A stretch of 42,448 bases of DNA, taken from the NCBI GenBank assembly GCA_041855645.1, contig JBHAEN010000055.1, forward strand, positions 1 through 42,448. Reading direction: 5' to 3'. A program made the translations under genes and the position numbers. Source of the stretch: Bacteroides sp. GTDB taxonomy: Bacteria > Bacteroidota > Bacteroidia > Bacteroidales > Bacteroidaceae. Numbering within the stretch: position 1 is the first letter of the stretch; each line of letters starts with the position of its first letter. Of the stretch, positions 38,394-42,448 are shown piece after piece. The notes under the pieces were generated by a model that worked only from the letters and a program-made list of their open reading frames with translations, was not told where the DNA came from and ran no database searches.

Positions 38394-41300
38394 ATGAAGA
38401 ACCGGGAAAACCCTCAAAACAACCGCTTTTCTTTGAAGGAAAAGTACTTTTGGGCTCCTTTTCTGAATTTGGCCCAGCACAATGTTTTTATCACCCTTGA
38501 GCATATCAACAACCATTTGTCCGGAGATTCTTTCTCCGGAAACGAACAGGAAGTTAAGGTACTGATTCAAAAATGGTGGAAAATAGCGAAAGGCCGGGAC
38601 ATCGACAAGAAGGCGCGTCTTCGGGATGCATTGGATAAACATTTTCCCTTTTTGAAAGCAGCCTCCTATGCAAAAGAACTCTTCGACCTTTCCAAAGATG
38701 CCAAGGGCAAAAAAAGAAGACTAAAAGAGGTGGAGCAGGAAGCGCAGGAAAGAGCTTACTTGCCGGAGAAGTTGATTGCCCGACTCGATGAATTTCTTGA
38801 GAGATTGAATGCCTTTAGAAACTACTTCTCGCATTACAGGCACTCCTCGACTCCCGAAATTCCCTCAATAAGCGAAGACTTTGAAAAACAGTTGTACGCC
38901 ATATTTGACGCCAGTGTCAGAATGGTCAAAGAAGACCACAAGAAGAATTCAAGTATTCATGTACAAAGTCACTTCGATCACTTAATAAGAGTAGGAAAAA
39001 ACAAAAATCCCAATCCTAAGTTCAAACATCATTTTTACCGAGACAATTCTTTTTCCGAAGCCGGATTATTGTTTTTCACTTCACTGTTCCTGGCCAAAGA
39101 AGATGCCTTTTGGATGCAGAAAAAGGTTACCGGATTCAAAAGTAGCCGAATCCTGAGCGAGCAGATGACCAATGAAGTCTTTTGCCGGAGCAGAATATGC
39201 ATTCCGAAGCTCAAACTCGAAAGCGTGTACGACACCGACCGGATATTGCTCGATATGTTCAACGAATTGGTGAGATGTCCTCAATCGCTGTTCGAACGTT
39301 TGCAGGAAAACGATAAAGAACAGTTCAGGATACCGGCTGACGAAGAGGAGCACGAAAGTGGCGATGAGCTTGGCGACGACGATCTCTTTAAATACGAACT
39401 GGTGAGAGGAAGAAACCGGTTTCCTTATTTCGCGTTGAGGTTCTTTGACTTGAATGAAGTGTTCAACGATTTGCGCTTTCAAATCAGTTTGGGCAATTAC
39501 CACTTCTCTGTCTACGATAAGAAAATCGGAGGGTTTACGGAAAAGCGCCACCTGACCCGAAATCTGTATGGTTTCTCCCGTCTGCAAGATTTTACTTCGA
39601 GCACACAGCCCGAAGCGTGGCAAAAGCTGGTCAAGGAGTTAGACTACAACGAGTCGTCGAACGAGCCTTTCATCTCCCGATCGACTCCTCATTACCACAT
39701 TGCCGAACAAAAGATCGGCATGAGGTTTGGGGCGCCGGACAACTTGTGGCCTCGCTTAGAAGTTGTGCCGGTGTCGGGCGTCAGGAACAGATACAAGTAT
39801 GACGATTCCCATGTGGCCGAAGCATTCTTGAGCGTTTACGAGTTGATGCCGATGATGTTCTACTATCTGTTGGTCAGAAGCTGTACCGATAAACGAGAGG
39901 CCGGTCAAAAAGTGGAGGGAGTAATCAGGCGGACCCAAAAGAAGATCCATGAGATCTATGATGCTTTCGAGCGGGAAGAAATCAACAGCATGGAGGATTT
40001 GGAGCGGCGGTTAAGCAAAACTAACATCCTCAAGGGACACTTGCCGGAGCGGCTGATCGCGCTGTTGCAAGAGAAGCCGCAGGATATGGAAATCAAAGCG
40101 GAACGCAAACTGAACGAACTCATTTCGCAAACCGAAAAAAGGATAGTGCAGATAAAAAAGCAAAACGAGCGTAAAATAAAAATAGGTAAAAGAGGAGCGG
40201 GGCTGTTGAAACCCGGAATTATTGCGGATTGGCTGGTCAAGGACATGATGCGCTTTCAACCCGTGGCCAAAGAGGGAGGCGTACCGCTGAACAACAGTAA
40301 AGCCAACAGCACGGAATATCAGCTTTTGCAACGTACGTTCGCTCTGTACGGAAGCGAAAAAAACAGATTGCACGCTTACTTCAACCAATTAAGGCTGATC
40401 AATTCGGACAACCCTCATCCTTTCCTGAATCAGTTCAAATGGGATGAGCAAACCAATCTTACGGATTTCTACCAAAGTTACCTGAAAGCTCGGCAAAAAT
40501 ATTTGAAGGGACTAAAACCCGAAGACTGGAAAGACTGCCAACATTTTCTGCTTCTGAAAGTGCACAAGACCGATAGAAGCAATTTGGTGAGGGGGTGGAA
40601 AAACGGTCTCAATCTGCCCCGAGGGATGTTTACCCAACCCATCTTCGAATGGCTTCGAGAGAAGAACCCCGAAAGTTTACCCGCCGACTTCATAAGCGAT
40701 GAAAACAGAGTCGGCTTCATTGCCAGAGTCATACCCTTATATTTCCTGAAAGTACACAAAGACCGTGTGCAAACTTTCTATGACTGTCCGTTCAATGTGG
40801 GAAATACGCACAAGACCGAAGAAGCCAACTATCTGCCGGAAGCAGAGCGTCGCGAGTTGTGGAAAAAGCTGAAAGCAACGATAGCCTGCCCCGAGAATCC
40901 GGAGAAAGAACCTCAAAAGTGGAAAGACTACCTGAACTTTAAGGAGTGGAAGGAGTTTGAACGCCAACTGCGACTCATCAAGAATCAGGACATATTGCTC
41001 TGGTTGATGTGTAAAGAGCTGATGGCAGACAAAAAAGTGCAAGGCTTAACCTTCGAAGAATTGCGTTTAGAAGATCTTGGTCCCGAAATGGGACACAAAG
41101 GAAGCCTCAACATCCTTAACCAAGTGGTGCCGATGCGGCTGCCGCTTACCATTTACCCGGAAGACAGTAAGGGTGCTCCTTTACGCAAAGAACAACCCGT
41201 AGGCAAGATATATCTGGAAGCCAAAGACACCAAACTGTTGAAACAAGGCAACTTCAGGGCACTCTTGAAAGACCGCCGGCTGAACGGACTCTTTTCGTTT

Positions 41301-41717
41301 GCCGATTGGTCACACGGAGGCAGTTCCATTCCCGTCGTAGACAAAAAAACGGTGGAACACGAACTCGGCGAATACCAGTCGTTGCGTGTGGAAGTCTTTA
41401 AGATGACGTTGGGCTTTGAGGAGTATTTAATCAAACAAAACCCTCGATTGCCAACAGACAACTTCAGAACAATGATCGAAACATGGCTCAACGGGAAAAG
41501 CAACGACGAAAAGAAAGAACTTGAGGCATACACGGCCCCTTTGATAGCCGTGCGCAACGCTTTCTCACACAACCAGTATCCCGCATACAACAAGGCGTGT
41601 TTCCACAGCATACGTAGAATTGACCTGACTCTGCCGGAGGCCAAACTAAACATCGCATTGCAGTTGAAGGAACTCGTGCAACGGTGTGTAGAGCGAATCA
41701 CGGCCTCCGAGATGTAA
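38394..41717 (+). CDS. cas13b: Type VI-B CRISPR RNA-guided RNase Cas13b
   Basis: 1107 aa with two terminal HEPN RxxxxH motifs, RNYFSH (R142-H147) and RNAFSH (R1054-H1059). Cas13b-typical blocks include FWAPFLNLAQHN, KHFPFL, RFPYFALR, IADWLVKDMMRFQP, NLPRGMF and GNFRALLKDRRLNGL. A CRISPR array is adjacent. Confidence 0.96.
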   Translation: MKNRENPQNNRFSLKEKYFWAPFLNLAQHNVFITLEHINNHLSGDSFSGNEQEVKVLIQKWWKIAKGRDIDKKARLRDALDKHFPFLKAASYAKELFDLSKDAKGKKRRLKEVEQEAQERAYLPEKLIARLDEFLERLNAFRNYFSHYRHSSTPEIPSISEDFEKQLYAIFDASVRMVKEDHKKNSSIHVQSHFDHLIRVGKNKNPNPKFKHHFYRDNSFSEAGLLFFTSLFLAKEDAFWMQKKVTGFKSSRILSEQMTNEVFCRSRICIPKLKLESVYDTDRILLDMFNELVRCPQSLFERLQENDKEQFRIPADEEEHESGDELGDDDLFKYELVRGRNRFPYFALRFFDLNEVFNDLRFQISLGNYHFSVYDKKIGGFTEKRHLTRNLYGFSRLQDFTSSTQPEAWQKLVKELDYNESSNEPFISRSTPHYHIAEQKIGMRFGAPDNLWPRLEVVPVSGVRNRYKYDDSHVAEAFLSVYELMPMMFYYLLVRSCTDKREAGQKVEGVIRRTQKKIHEIYDAFEREEINSMEDLERRLSKTNILKGHLPERLIALLQEKPQDMEIKAERKLNELISQTEKRIVQIKKQNERKIKIGKRGAGLLKPGIIADWLVKDMMRFQPVAKEGGVPLNNSKANSTEYQLLQRTFALYGSEKNRLHAYFNQLRLINSDNPHPFLNQFKWDEQTNLTDFYQSYLKARQKYLKGLKPEDWKDCQHFLLLKVHKTDRSNLVRGWKNGLNLPRGMFTQPIFEWLREKNPESLPADFISDENRVGFIARVIPLYFLKVHKDRVQTFYDCPFNVGNTHKTEEANYLPEAERRELWKKLKATIACPENPEKEPQKWKDYLNFKEWKEFERQLRLIKNQDILLWLMCKELMADKKVQGLTFEELRLEDLGPEMGHKGSLNILNQVVPMRLPLTIYPEDSKGAPLRKEQPVGKIYLEAKDTKLLKQGNFRALLKDRRLNGLFSFADWSHGGSSIPVVDKKTVEHELGEYQSLRVEVFKMTLGFEEYLIKQNPRLPTDNFRTMIETWLNGKSNDEKKELEAYTAPLIAVRNAFSHNQYPAYNKACFHSIRRIDLTLPEAKLNIALQLKELVQRCVERITASEM

Positions 41718-41738
41718 CCGATAAAAATAAAGAACATC

Positions 41739-42272
41739 ATGTGTATAGAAGTCATTCGAATCGTTACTCCCCTTATCGGCGTCACTTTTGGGGCATGGCT
41801 CGCTTACCGCTATGCCGTGAAGCGCTTGCACAAAGAAAGCATAGCCGGCATCGAACGCAAGAAGTATGAAGCCATATTGGCGGCTCATCAAAGTATGTAC
41901 AAACTATTGAAGTACACCACCAACAGTGAGAACCCCGCAAGCATACTTGTTTGGGAGAAAGCGAAAGAAGGGAACGTGCCAACCGTTTACTTTTTTCGTA
42001 AAGACTGCATCACCGCTTTTCTCAATGCGCTTCCCGAAGAATTTTATGAAAAGGGAAGCGGGCTTTTCCTCTCGCAAGATGTCGCAGAACTATTCTTCGA
42101 GTATAGGGGGATAGTCTACGGAATGCTGTTGGCCACCCAAAGTCGGAAAGAGAATCGCATCAAAATAGAAAAGCCCGAAACCGCTGAGCGAATGATAACC
42201 ATTCACAATGAACTTTCTCGGAAAATCAGGGAGAGCATTGCTTTGGACGAAAGGAAATTGAAAAGGAAGTAA
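41739..42272 (+). CDS. csx28: Type VI-B2 accessory membrane protein Csx28
   Basis: 177 aa between cas13b and the array. One N-terminal hydrophobic helix (VIRIVTPLIGVTFGAWLAY), FYEKGSGLFLS and a divergent HEPN-like RMITIH (R151-H156). Confidence 0.9.
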   Translation: MCIEVIRIVTPLIGVTFGAWLAYRYAVKRLHKESIAGIERKKYEAILAAHQSMYKLLKYTTNSENPASILVWEKAKEGNVPTVYFFRKDCITAFLNALPEEFYEKGSGLFLSQDVAELFFEYRGIVYGMLLATQSRKENRIKIEKPETAERMITIHNELSRKIRESIALDERKLKRK

Positions 42273-42335
42273 AGATGAAAAAAATACTCTTCAATGGAGA
42301 TAGGATAATAAATCTTAGTTGGTTACTGAGGATGA
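42273..42335 (+). promoter_or_regulatory. Putative CRISPR leader (63 bp, AT-rich)
   Basis: AT-rich segment between the csx28 stop and the first repeat. Confidence 0.5.
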
Positions 42336-42448
42336 GTTGTGTCTGCTCTCTATTTGAAGGGCAAAGACAACTACAGCAACATCTCGTTCTATCGCATTTT
42401 CGTTGTGTCTGCTCTCTATTTGAAGGGCAAAGACAACCGGCCATCAAC
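42336..42448 (+). CRISPR. Type VI-B CRISPR array (start only; truncated by the window edge)
   Basis: Two identical 36-bp repeats GTTGTGTCTGCTCTCTATTTGAAGGGCAAAGACAAC (42336-42371, 42402-42437), a 30-bp spacer TACAGCAACATCTCGTTCTATCGCATTTTC, and 11 nt of a second spacer. GTTG...CAAC ends and 36/30 geometry are typical of VI-B. Confidence 0.93.

Noticed and set aside
38394-41717. Large ORF as Cas9, Cas12 or a new Cas13 subtype
   Set aside because: No RuvC or HNH motifs were seen. Terminal HEPN motifs, size, the Csx28 neighbour and 36/30 array geometry all fit known VI-B2.
42336-42371. Promoter inside the CRISPR repeat, as in some type II-C arrays
   Set aside because: TCTATTTG (+) and TGTCTTTG (-) both miss the TA of the TAnnTTTG consensus.
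42226-42447. 73-aa minus-strand ORF with repeated CLCPSNREQTQ
   Set aside because: This is the translation of the CRISPR repeats.

Overview
Bacteroidales (Bacteroides/Prevotella-like) chromosomal window, judged from SusC/SusD genes, TAnnTTTG -7 promoter boxes and gene content. From left to right: the 5' half of a SusC-type TonB receptor (- strand, runs off the left edge); a cobalamin-riboswitch-led operon (cbiL, BtuFCD-like ABC transporter, cbiJ-cbiD fusion); lrgA-lrgB-DUF2156-GNAT divergent from pta-ackA; an eight-gene SusC/SusD locus with no recognisable CAZyme that ends in three TlpA-like CxxC thioredoxins; ltaE; a UDG-superfamily glycosylase; a Tsx-like channel and an NCS2 xanthine permease interrupted by an in-frame TAG; DUF4332; manC; MarR; and a housekeeping run from DUF4199 to apbE. 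The standout is at the right end: a type VI-B2 RNA-targeting CRISPR-Cas locus with cas13b (1107 aa, two RxxxxH HEPN motifs), csx28 (177 aa, one TM helix) and the start of an array (36-bp repeats, 30-bp spacer) cut by the window edge, with no cas1/cas2 in the window. The subtype is known; whether this ortholog is new needs a database search. Two related intergenic palindromic elements (about 8.0 kb and 27.2 kb) and several smaller oddities are also reported. All family assignments come from motif recognition by eye; no searches were run.
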